Assembly: GCA_002189035.1 (NCBI GenBank)
Contig: NEEC01000242.1
Span: 1-38,123, forward strand
Length of the DNA: 38,123 bases
Reading direction: 5' to 3'
Source: Utricularia gibba
Taxonomy: Eukaryota; Plantae; Magnoliophyta
Part shown: piece by piece, positions 25,956 to 38,123 of the stretch
Layout of the letters: every line of letters begins with the position of its first letter
Position numbering within the stretch: position 1 is the first letter of the stretch
Made by a program: the position numbers and the translations under genes
Notes under the pieces: generated by a model
What the model was told of the DNA's origin: nothing
Databases searched by the model: none
The model's input: only the letters and a program-made list of their open reading frames with translations

Positions 25956-28900
25956 CCATACACCATGTCTCTAGTGGCTATTTGATTCTTTTGCCGTGTA
26001 TCTTGTTTGCATCAATTTCGAGAACGAGAAGCACAATATTAAACGCAGCCACCAAGGAAGGACACGTAAGACACTTTTCGTTGTGGTTTGTTTTTAATAT
26101 GTCCACAGTTATCGGACAAACGAAACTCCAAATTATACTACTTGGAGCTCGAATCGGGCTTCCCAATGGTGTGCTATGAAGAGTTAGGATCTGCATGTTT
26201 TGGAAGAGGTGCTTCGTGGACCAGGATGTGCGACCTAGTCATTTCATTGCGCATCACCATTCGGGGTGCAGCCTAAAAATCACACGTGCACTGGATTCGT
26301 TAAAAAACATTTTTGCGTACCTGAGTATAAATAGTGTTGGGATAAGTGATGCCACGAAATTCATGATGTAACATGTGACTTTTTTCCATCTTGATCGCAT
26401 ATCCGATGAAGTTTGACACCATATGTTTTGGCTGTTGATTGATTCAATTAGTTGCTATGATACTTCTGATTCTTGATGCACCATTCCCTTACACCATGTC
26501 TCTAGTGGCTATTTGATTCTTTTGCCGTGTATCTTTGCATCAATTTCGAGAACGAGAAGCACAATATTAAACGCAGCCACCAAGGAAGGACACGTAAGAC
26601 ACTTTTCGTTGTGGTTTGTTTTTAATATGTCCACAGTTATCGGACAAACGAAACTCCAAATTATACTACTTGGAGCTCGAATCGGGCTTCCCAATGGTGT
26701 GCTATGAAGAGTTAGGATCTGCATGTTTTGGAAGAGGTGCTTCGTGGACCAGGATGTGCGACATAGTCATTTCATTGCGCATCACCATTCGGGTGCAGCC
26801 TAAAAATCACACGTGCACTGGATTCGTTAAAAGTAAACATTTTTGCATACCTGGTGTATAATAGTGTTGGGATAAGTGATGCCACGAAATTCATGATGTA
26901 ACATGTGACTTTTTTCCATCTTGATCGCATATCCGATGAAGTTTGACACCATGTTTTTGGCTGTTGATTGATTCAATTAGTTGCATGATACTTCTGATTC
27001 TTGATGCACCATTCCCTTACACCATGTCTCTAGTGGCTATTTGATTCTTTTGCCGTGTATCTTTTTGCATCAATTTCGAGAACGAGAAGCACAATATTAA
27101 ACGCAGCCACCAAGGAAGGACACGTAAGACACTTTTCGTTGTGGTTTGTTTTTAATATGTCCACAGTTATCGGACAAACGAAACTCCAAATTATACTACT
27201 TGGAGCTCGAATCGGGCTTCCCAATGGTGTGCTATGAAGAGTTAGGATCTGCATGTTTTGGAAGAGGTGCTTCGTGGACCAGGATGTGCGACCTAGTCAT
27301 TTCATTGCGCATCACCATTCGGGGTGCAGCCTAAAAATCACACGTGCACTGGATTCGTTAAAAGTAAACATTTTTGCGTACCTGGAGTATAATAGTGTTG
27401 GGATAAGTGATGCCACGAAATTCATGATGTAACATGTGACTTTTTTCCATCTTGATCGCATATCCGATGAAGTTTGACACCATATGTTTTGGCTGTTGAT
27501 TGATTCAATTAGTTGCCATGATACTTCTGATTCTTGATGCACCATTCCCATACACCATGTCTCTAGTGGCTATTTGATTCTTTTGCCGTGTATCTTGTTT
27601 GCATCAATTTCGAGAACGAGAAGCACAATATTAAACGCAGCCACCAAGGAAGGACACGTAAGACACTTTTCGTTGTGGTTTGTTTTTAATATGTCCACAG
27701 TTATCGGACAAACGAAACTCCAAATTATACTACTTGGAGCTCGAATCGGGCTTCCCAATGGTGTGCTATGAAGAGTTAGGATCTGCATGTTTTGGAAGAG
27801 GTGCTTCGTGGACCAGGATGTGCGACATAGTCATTTCATTGCGCATCACCATTCGGGGTGCAGCCTAAAAATCACACGTGCACTGGATTCGTTAAAAGTA
27901 AACATTTTTGCGTACCTGGAGTATAATAGTGTTGGGATAAGTGATGCCACGAAATTCATGATGTAACATGTGACTTTTTTCCATCTTGATCGCATATCCG
28001 ATGAAGTTTGACACCATATGTTTTGGCTGTTGATTGATGCAATTAGTTGCATGATACTTCTGATTCTTGATGCACCATTCCTACACCATGTCTCTAGTGG
28101 CTATTTGATTCTTTTGCCGTGTATCTTGTTTGCATCAATTTCGAGAACGAGAAGCACAATATTAAACGCAGCCACCAAGGAAGGACACGTAAGACACTTT
28201 TCGTTGTGGTTTGTTTTTAATATGTCCACAGTTATCGGACAAACGAAACTCCAATTATACTACTTGGAGCTCGAATCGGGCTTCCCAATGGTGTGCTATG
28301 AAGAGTTAGGATCTGCATGTTTTGGAAGAGGTGCTTCGTGGACCAGGATGTGCGACCTAGTCATTTCATTGCGCATCACCATTCGGGGTGCAGCCTAAAA
28401 ATCACACGTGCACTGGATTCGTTAAAAGTAAACATTTTTGCGTACCTGGTATAGTGTTGGGATAAGTGATGCCACGAAATTCATGATGTAACATGTGACT
28501 TTTTTCCATCTTGATCGCATATCCGATGAAGTTTGACACCATATGTTTTGGCTGTTGATTGATTCAATTAGTTGCCATGATACTTCTGATTCTTGATGCA
28601 CCATTCCCATACACCATGTCTCTAGTGGCTATTTGATTCTTTTTCCGTGTATCTTTTGCATCAATTTCGAGAACGAGAAGCACAATATTAAACGCAGCCA
28701 CCAAGGAAGGACACGTAAGACACTTTTCGTTGTGGTTTGTTTTTAATATGTCCACAGTTATCGGACAAACGAAACTCCAAATTATACTACTTGGAGCTCG
28801 AATCGGGCTTCCCAATGGTGTGCTATGAAGAGTTAGGATCTGCATGTTTTGGAAGAGGTGCTTCGTGGACCAGGATGTGCGACATAGTCATTTCATTGCG

Positions 28901-31900
28901 CATCACCATTCGGGGTGCAGCCTAAAAATCACACGTGCACTGGATTCGTTAAAAGTAAACATTTTTGCGTACCTGGAGTATAATAGTGTTGGGATAAGTG
29001 ATGCCACGAAATTCATGATGTAACATGTGACTTTTTTCCATCTTGATCGCATATCCGATGAAGTTTGACACCATATGTTTTGGCTGTTGATTGATTCAAT
29101 TAGTTGCCATGATACTTCTGATTCTTGATGCACCATTCCCATACACCATGTCTCTAGTGGCTATTTGATTCTTTTGCCGTGTATCTTGTTTGCATCAATT
29201 TCGAGAACGAGAAGCACAATATTAAACGCAGCCACCAAGGAAGGACACGTAAGACACTTTTCGTTGTGGTTTGTTTTTAATATGTCCACAGTTATCGGAC
29301 AAACGAAACTCCAAATTATACTACTTGGAGCTCGAATCGGGCTTCCCAATGGTGTGCTATGAAGAGTTAGGATCTGCATGTTTTGGAAGAGGTGCTTCGT
29401 GGACCAGGATGTGCGACCTAGTCATTTCATTGCGCATCACCATTCGGGGTGCAGCCTAAAAATCACACGTGCACTGGATTCGTTAAAATAAATATTTACG
29501 CGTACCTGAGTATAATAGTGTTGGGATAAGTGATGCCACGAAATTCATGATGTAACATGTGACTTTTTTCCATCTTGATCGCATATCCGATGAAGTTTGA
29601 CACATATGTTTTGGCTGTTGATTGATTCAATTAGTTGCTATGATACTTCTGATTCTTGATGCACCATTCCCATACACCATGTCTCTAGTGGCTATTTGAT
29701 TCTTTTGCCGTGTATCTTTGCATCAATTTCGAGAACGAGAAGCACAATATTAAACGCAGCCACCAAGGAAGGACACGTAAGACACTTTTCGTTGTGGTTT
29801 GTTTTTAATATGTCCACAGTTATCGGACAAACGAAACTCCAAATTATACTACTTGGAGCTCGAATCGGGCTTCCCAATGGTGTGCTATGAAGAGTTAGGA
29901 TCTGCATGTTTTGGAAGAGGTGCTTCGTGGACCAGGATGTGCGACCTAGTCATTTCATTGCGCATCACCATTCGGGTGCAGCCTAAAAATCACACGTGCA
30001 CTGGATTCGTTAAAAGTAAACATTTTTGCGTACCTGGAGTATAATAGTGTTGGGATAAGTGATGCCACGAAATTCATGATGTAACATGTGACTTTTTTCC
30101 ATCTTGATCGCATATCCGATGAAGTTTGACACCATATGTTTTGGCTGTTGATTGATGCAATTAGTTGCTATGATACTTCTGATTCTTGATGCACCATTCC
30201 CACACCATGTCTCTAGTGGCTATTTGATTCTTTTGCCGTGTATCTTTGCATCAATTTCGAGAACGAGAAGCACAATATTAAAAGCCACCAAGGAAGGACA
30301 CGTAAGACACTTTTCGTTGTGGTTTGTTTTTAATATGTCCACAGTTATCGGACAAACGAAACTCCAAATTATACTACTTGGAGCTCGAATCGGGCTTCCC
30401 AATGGTGTGCTATGAAGAGTTAGGATCTGCATGTTTTGGAAGAGGTGCTTCGTGGACCAGGATGTGCGACCTAGTCATTTCATTGCGCATCACCATTCGG
30501 GGTGCAGCCTAAAAATCACACGTGCACTGGATTCGTTAAAAGTAAACATTTTGCGTACCTGAGTATAAACAGTGTTGGGATAAGTGATGCCACGAAATTC
30601 ATGATGTAACATGTGACTTTTTTCCATCTTGATCGCATATCCGATGAAGTTTGACACCATATGTTTTGGCTGTTGATTGATCAATTAGTTGCATGATACT
30701 TCTGATTCTTGATGCACCATTCCCTACACCATGTCTCTAGTGGCTATTTGATTCTTTTGCCGTGTATCTTTGCATCAATTTCGAGAACGAGAAGCACAAT
30801 ATTAAACGCAGCCACCAAGGAAGGACACGTAAGACACTTTTCGTTGTGGTTTGTTTTTAATATGTCCACAGTTATCGGACAAACGAAACTCCAATTATAC
30901 TACTTGGAGCTCGAATCGGGCTTCCCAATGGTGTGCTATGAAGAGTTAGGATCTGCATGTTTTGGAAGAGGTGCTTCGTGGACCAGGATGTGCGACATAG
31001 TCATTTCATTGCGCATCACCATTCGGGGTGCAGCCTAAAAATCACACGTGCACTGGATTCGTTAAAAGTAAACATTTTGCGTACCTGGAGTATAATAGTG
31101 TTGGGATAAGTGATGCCACGAAATTCATGATGTAACATGTGACTTTTTTCCATCTTGATCGCATATCCGATGAAGTTTGACACCATATGTTTTGGCTGTT
31201 GATTGATGCAATTAGTTGCTATGATACTTCTGATTCTTGATGCTTCCTTACACATGTCTCTAGTGCTATTTGATTCTTTTCCGTGTATCTTGTTTGCATC
31301 AATTTCGAGAACGAGAAGCACAATATTAAACGCAGCCACCAAGGAAGGACACGTAAGACACTTTTCGTTGTGGTTTGTTTTTAATATGTCCACAGTTATC
31401 GGACAAACGAAACTCCAAATTATACTACTTGGAGCTCGAATCGGGCTTCCCAATGGTGTGCTATGAAGAGTTAGGATCTGCATGTTTTGGAAGAGGTGCT
31501 TCGTGACCAGGATGTGCGACATAGTCATTTCATTGCGCATCACCATTCGGGGTGCAGCCTAAAAATCACACGTGCACTGGATTCGTTAAAAGTAAACATT
31601 TTTGCGTACCTGGTGTATAATAGTGTTGGATAAGTGATGCCACGAAATTCATGATGTAACATGTGACTTTTTTCCATCTTGATCGCATATCCGATGAAGT
31701 TTGACACCATATGTTTTGGCTGTTGATTGATGCAATTAGTTGCATGATACTTCTGATTCTTGATGCACCATTCCCATACACCATGTCTCTAGTGGCTATT
31801 TGATTCTTTTGCCGTGTATCTTGTTTGCATCAATTTCGAGAACGAGAAGCACAATATTAAACGCAGCCACCAAGGAAGGACACGTAAGACACTTTTCGTT

Positions 31901-34900
31901 GTGGTTTGTTTTTAATATGTCCACAGTTATCGGACAAACGAAACTCCAAATTATACTACTTGGAGCTCGAATCGGGCTTCCCAATGGTGTGCTATGAAGA
32001 GTTAGATCTGCATGTTTTGGAAGAGGTGCTTCGTGACCAGGATGTGCGACCTAGTCATTTCATTGCGCATCACCATTCGGGGTGCAGCCTAAAAATCACA
32101 CGTGCACTGGATTCGTTAAAAGTAAACATTTTTGCGTACCTGGTGTAAATAGTGTTGGATAAGTGATGCCACGAAATTCATGATGTAACATGTGACTTTT
32201 TTCCATCTTGATCGCATATCCGATGAAGTTTGACACATATGTTTTGGCTGTTGATTGATGCAATTAGTTGCATGATACTTCTGATTCTTGATGCACCATT
32301 CCCATACACCATGTCTCTAGTGGCTATTTGATTCTTTTGCCGTGTATTTTTGCATCAATTTCGAGAACGAGAAGCACAATATAAACGCAGCCACCAAGGA
32401 AGGACACGTAAGACACTTTTCGTTGTGGTTTGTTTTTAATATGTCCACAGTTATCGGACAAACGAAACTCCAAATTATACTACTTGGAGCTCGAATCGGG
32501 CTTCCCAATGGTGTGCTATGAAGAGTTAGGATCTGCATGTTTTGGAAGAGGTGCTTCGTGGACCAGGATGTGCGACCTAGTCATTTCATTGCGCATCACC
32601 ATTCGGGGTGCAGCCTAAAAATCACACGTGCACTGGATTCGTTAAAAGTAAACATTTTTGCGTACCTGGTATAATAGTGTTGGGATAAGTGATGCCACGA
32701 AATTCATGATGTAACATGTGACTTTTTTCCATCTTGATCGCATATCCGATGAAGTTTGACACCATATGTTTTGGCTGTTGATTGATCAATTAGTTGCATG
32801 ATACTTCTGATTCTTGATGCACCATTCCCTACACATGTCTCTAGTGGCTATTGATTCTTTTGCCGTGTATCTTTTGCATCAATTTCGAGAACGAGAAGCA
32901 CAATTTAAACGCAGCCACCAAGGAAGGACACGTAAGACACTTTTCGTTGTGGTTTGTTTTTAATATGTCCACAGTTATCGGACAAACGAAACTCCAAATT
33001 ATACTACTTGGAGCTCGAATCGGGCTTCCCAATGGTGTGCTATGAAGAGTTAGGATCTGCATGTTTTGGAAGAGGTGCTTCGTGGACCAGGATGTGCGAC
33101 CTAGTCATTTCATTGCGCATCACCATTCGGGGTGCAGCCTAAAAATCACACGTGCACTGGATTCGTTAAAAGTAAAATTTTTGCGTACCTGAGTATAATA
33201 GTGTTGGGATAAGTGATGCCACGAAATTCATGATGTAACATGTGACTTTTTTCCATCTTGATCGCATATCCGATGAAGTTTGACACCATATGTTTTGGCT
33301 GTTGATTGATTCAATTAGTTGCCATGATACTTCTGATTCTTGATGCACCATTCCCTTACACATGTCTCTAGTGGCTATTTGATTCTTTTCCGTGTATCTT
33401 TTGCATCAATTTCGAGAACGAGAAGCACAATATTAAACGCAGCCACCAAGGAAGGACACGTAAGACACTTTTCGTTGTGGTTTGTTTTTAATATGTCCAC
33501 AGTTATCGGACAAACGAAACTCCAAATTATACTACTTGGAGCTCGAATCGGGCTTCCCAATGGTGTGCTATGAAGAGTTAGGATCTGCATGTTTTGGAAG
33601 AGGTGCTTCGTGGACCAGGATGTGCGACCTAGTCATTTCATTGCGCATCACCATTCGGGGTGCAGCCTAAAAATCACACGTGCACTGGATTCGTTAAAAG
33701 TAAACATTTTTGCGTACCTGGAGTATAATAGTGTTGGGATAAGTGATGCCACGAAATTCATGATGTAACATGTGACTTTTTTCCATCTTGATCGCATATC
33801 CGATGAAGTTTGACACCATATGTTTTGGCTGTTGATTGATCAATTAGTTGCCATGATACTTCTGATTCTTGATGCACCATTCCCATACACCATGTCTCTA
33901 GTGGCTATTTGATTCTTTTGCCGTGTATCTTTGCATCAATTTCGAGAACGAGAAGCACAATATTAAACGCAGCCACCAAGGAAGGACACGTAAGACACTT
34001 TTCGTTGTGGTTTGTTTTTAATATGTCCACAGTTATCGGACAAACGAAACTCCAAATTATACTACTTGGAGCTCGAATCGGGCTTCCCAATGGTGTGCTA
34101 TGAAGAGTTAGGATCTGCATGTTTTGGAAGAGGTGCTTCGTGACCAGGATGTGCGACATAGTCATTTCATTGCGCATCACCATTCGGGGTGCAGCCTAAA
34201 AATCACACGTGCACGGATTCGTTAAAAGTAAACATTTTTGCGTACCTGGTGTATAATAGTGTTGGGATAAGTGATGCCACGAAATTCATGATGTAACATG
34301 TGACTTTTTTCCATCTTGATCGCATATCCGATGAAGTTTGACACCATATGTTTTGGCTGTTGATTGATGCAATTAGTTGCATGATACTTCTGATTCTTGA
34401 TGCACCATTCCCATACACCATGTCTCTAGTGGCTATTTGATTCTTTTGCCGTGTATCTTGTTTGCATCAATTTCGAGAACGAGAAGCACAATATTAAACG
34501 CAGCCACCAAGGAAGGACACGTAAGACACTTTTCGTTGTGGTTTGTTTTTAATATGTCCACAGTTATCGGACAAACGAAACTCCAAATTATACTACTTGG
34601 AGCTCGAATCGGGCTTCCCAATGGTGTGCTATGAAGAGTTAGGATCTGCATGTTTTGGAAGAGGTGCTTCGTGGACCAGGATGTGCGACATAGTCATTTC
34701 ATTGCGCATCACCATTCGGGGTGCAGCCTAAAAATCACACGTGCACTGGATTCGTTAAAGTAAACATTTTTGCGTACCTGGTGTATAATAGTGTTGGGAT
34801 AAGTGATGCCACGAAATTCATGATGTAACATGTGACTTTTTTCCATCTTGATCGCATATCCGATGAAGTTTGACACCATATGTTTTGGCTGTTGATTGAT

Positions 34901-37900
34901 GCAATTAGTTGCCATGATACTTCTGATTCTTGATGCACCATTCCCACACCATGTCTCTAGTGGCTATTTGATTCTTTTGCCGTGTATCTTTGCATCAATT
35001 TCGAGAACGAGAAGCACAATATTAAACGCAGCCACCAAGGAAGGACACGTAAGACACTTTTCGTTGTGGTTTGTTTTTAATATGTCCACAGTTATCGGAC
35101 AACGAAACTCCAAATTATACTACTTGGAGCTCGAATCGGGCTTCCCAATGGTGTGCTATGAAGAGTTAGGATCTGCATGTTTTGGAAGAGGTGCTTCGTG
35201 GACCAGGATGTGCGACCTAGTCATTTCATTGCGCATCACCATTCGGGGTGCAGCCTAAAAAATCACACGTGCACTGGATTCGTTAAAAGTAAACATTTTT
35301 GCGTACCTGGAGTATAATAGTGTTGGGATAAGTGATGCCACGAAATTCATGATGTAACATGTGACTTTTTTCCATCTTGATCGCATATCCGATGAAGTTT
35401 GACACCATATGTTTGGCTGTTGATTGATGCAATTAGTTGCTATGATACTTCTGATTCTTGATGCACCATTCCCTTACACCATGTCTCTAGTGGCTATTTG
35501 ATTCTTTTGCCGTGTATCTTTTGCATCAATTTCGAGAACGAGAAGCACAATATTAAACGCAGCCACCAAGGAAGGACACGTAAGACACTTTTCGTTGTGG
35601 TTTGTTTTTAATATGTCCACAGTTATGGGACAAACGAAACTCCAAATTATACTACTTGGAGCTCGAATCGGGCTTCCCAATGGTGTGCTATGAAGAGTTA
35701 GGATCTGCATGTTTTGGAAGAGGTGCTTCGTGGACCAGGATGTGCGACCTAGTCATTTCATTGCGCATCACCATTCGGGGTGCAGCCTAAAAATCACACG
35801 TGCACTGGATTCGTTAAAAGTAAACATTTTTGCGTACCTGAGTATAATAGTGTTGGATAAGTGATGCCACGAAATTCATGATGTAACATGTGACTTTTTT
35901 CCATCTTGATCGCATATCCGATGAAGTTTGACACCATATGTTTTGGCTGTTGATTGATTCAATTAGTTGCCATGATACTTCTGATTCTTGATGCACCATT
36001 CCCATACACCATGTCTCTAGTGGCTATTTGATTCTTTTGCCGTGTATCTTTTGCATCAATTTCGAGAACGAGAAGCACAATATTAAACGCAGCCACCAAG
36101 GAAGGACACGTAAGACACTTTTCGTTGTGGTTTGTTTTTAATATGTCCACAGTTATCGGACAAACGAACTCCAAATTATACTACTTGGAGCTCGAATCGG
36201 GCTTCCCAATGGTGTGCTATGAAGAGTTAGGATCTGCATGTTTTGGAAGAGGTGCTTCGTGGACCAGGATGTGCGACATAGTCATTTCATTGCGCATCAC
36301 CATTCGGGGTGCAGCCTAAAAATCACACGTGCACTGGATTCGTTAAAAGTAAACATTTTTGCGTACCTGGTGTATAATAGTGTTGGGATAAGTGATGCCA
36401 CGAAATTCATGATGTAACATGTGACTTTTTTCCATCTTGATCGCATATCCGATGAAGTTTGACACCATATGTTTTGGCTGTTGATTGATGCAATTAGTTG
36501 CTATGATACTTCTGATTCTTGATGCACCATTCCCACACCATGTCTCTAGTGGCTATTTGATTCTTTTGCCGTGTATCTTGTTTGCATCAATTTCGAGAAC
36601 GAGAAGCACAATATTAAACGCAGCCACCAAGGAAGGACACGTAAGACACTTTTCGTTGTGGTTTGTTTTTAATATGTCCACAGTTATCGGACAAACGAAA
36701 CTCCAAATTATACTACTTGGAGCTCGAATCGGGCTTCCCAATGGTGTGCTATGAAGAGTTAGGATCTGCATGTTTTGGAAGAGGTGCTTCGTGGACCAGG
36801 ATGTGCGACATAGTCATTTCATTGCGCATCACCATTCGGGGTGCAGCCTAAAAATCACACGTGCACTGGATTCGTTAAAAGTAAACATTTTTGCGTACCT
36901 GGAGTATAATAGTGTTGGGATAAGTGATGCCACGAAATTCATGATGTAACATGTGACTTTTTCCATCTTGATCGCATATCCGATGAAGTTTGACACCATA
37001 TGTTTTGGCTGTTGATTGATGCAATTAGTTGCCATGATACTTCTGATTCTTGATGCACCATTCCCATACACCATGTCTCTAGTGGCTATTGATTCTTTTG
37101 CCGTGTATCTTGTTTGCATCAATTTCGAGAACGAGAAGCACAATATTAAACGCAGCCACCAAGGAAGACACGTAAGACACTTTTCGTTGTGGTTTGTTTT
37201 TAATATGTCCACAGTTATGGACAAACGAACTCCAAATTATACTACTTGGAGCTCGAATCGGGCTTCCCAATGGTGTGCTATGAAGAGTTAGGATCTGCAT
37301 GTTTTGGAAGAGGTGCTTCGTGGACCAGGATGTGCGACCTAGTCATTTCATTGCGCATCACCATTCGGGGCAGCCTAAAAATCACACGTGCACTGGATTC
37401 GTTAAAAGTAAACATTTTTGCGTACCTGGAGTATAATAGTGTTGGGATAAGTGATGCCACGAAATTCATGATGTAACATGTGACTTTTTTCCATCTTGAT
37501 CGCATATCCGATGAAGTTTGACACCATATGTTTTGGCTGTTGATTGATTCAATTAGTTGCCATGATACTTCTGATTCTTGATGCACCATTCCCATACACC
37601 ATGTCTCTAGTGGCTATTTGATTCTTTTGCCGTGTATCTTTTGCATCAATTTCGAGAACGAGAAGCACAATATTAAACGCAGCCACCAAGGAAGGACACG
37701 TAAGACACTTTTCGTTGTGGTTTGTTTTTAATATGTCCACAGTTATCGGACAAACGAAACTCCAAATTATACTACTTGGAGCTCGAATCGGGCTTCCCAA
37801 TGGTGTGCTATGAAGAGTTAGGATCTGCATGTTTTGGAAGAGGTGCTTCGTGGACCAGGATGTGCGACATAGTCATTTCATTGCGCATCACCATTCGGGT

Positions 37901-38123
37901 GCAGCCTAAAAATCACACGTGCACTGGATTCGTTAAAAGTAAACATTTTTGCGTACCTGGAGTATAATAGTGTTGGGATAAGTGATGCCACGAAATTCAT
38001 GATGTAACATGTGACTTTTTTCCATCTTGATCGCATATCCGATGAAGTTTGACACCATATGTTTTGGCTGTTGATTGATGCAATTAGTTGCCATGATACT
38101 TCTGATTCTTGATGCACCATTCC

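Larger units (their letters stand above)
1..38123. repeat. Tandem array (satellite-like) of a ~534-535-bp monomer, about 71.5 copies, head-to-tail, filling the whole window
   Basis: The landmark GCCGTGTATC recurs 71 times at ~510-536-bp spacing from ~492 to ~37,630, with partial units at both ends. Every unit carries the same motifs (e.g. GCAGCCACCAAGGAAGGACAC, GATGCCACGAAATTCATGATGTAACATGTGAC). I found no inversion and no unique insert. Confidence 0.99.
17561..38123. repeat. Sub-array of monomer type B (~534 bp), about 38.5 copies
   Basis: Diagnostic B alleles: GGACAAACGAAACTCCAAATTATACTAC, GCTCGAATCGGGC, GAGTTAGGATCTGC, TTTTGGAAG, GGGGTGCAGCCT, AAAAGTAAACATTTTTGCGTACCTGG. The first fully B-type unit starts near 17,565. 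Confidence 0.95.

Noticed and set aside
1010-38120. All ORFs in the supplied track (60-176 aa, both strands)
   Set aside because: They are the same few frames repeated per monomer. All six frames of clean monomers contain stops. The longer ORFs (e.g. 31,016-31,546; 28,018-28,398) exist only where 1-bp indels fuse frames. I recognise no protein family in them.
1-38123. CRISPR array
   Set aside because: There is no alternation of short repeats with unique spacers. The whole 535 bp repeats, and no cas genes are present.
1-38123. Copy-to-copy homopolymer length differences (T5-T7, A4-A6, C2-C4) as biological variation
   Set aside because: The pattern matches long-read homopolymer error and cannot be separated from it without raw data.

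Overview
The whole 38,123-bp window is one head-to-tail tandem array of a ~535-bp monomer (about 71.5 copies, ~40.6% GC). All copies face the same way and there is no unique flanking sequence. Two monomer types are present: type A (535 bp, ~1-17,560, about 33 copies) and type B (~534 bp, ~17,561-38,123, about 38.5 copies). They differ at roughly 34-38 sites (~93% identical) and switch abruptly at ~17.4-17.6 kb. I can support no protein-coding gene: the ORF track is the same few short frames repeated once per monomer and reshuffled by 1-bp indels. The best lead is a ~120-nt segment in every monomer that aligns co-linearly, end to end, with land-plant 5S rRNA (about 55% by hand against a sequence recalled from memory). 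It is followed at once by a T6 run, which suggests a 5S rDNA-derived satellite or a homogenised array of dead 5S units. Other points: a ~4-monomer (~2.13 kb) periodicity of B-like monomers inside block A, a ~110-bp block with no A/B differences, a small hairpin with a compensatory A/B change, and no CpG depletion. Homopolymer indels and base drop-outs at two-allele sites suggest a noisy long-read consensus built from mixed monomers. Copy order, copy number and even the genomic-array interpretation (versus a rolling-circle concatemer of a small circle) need read-level checks.
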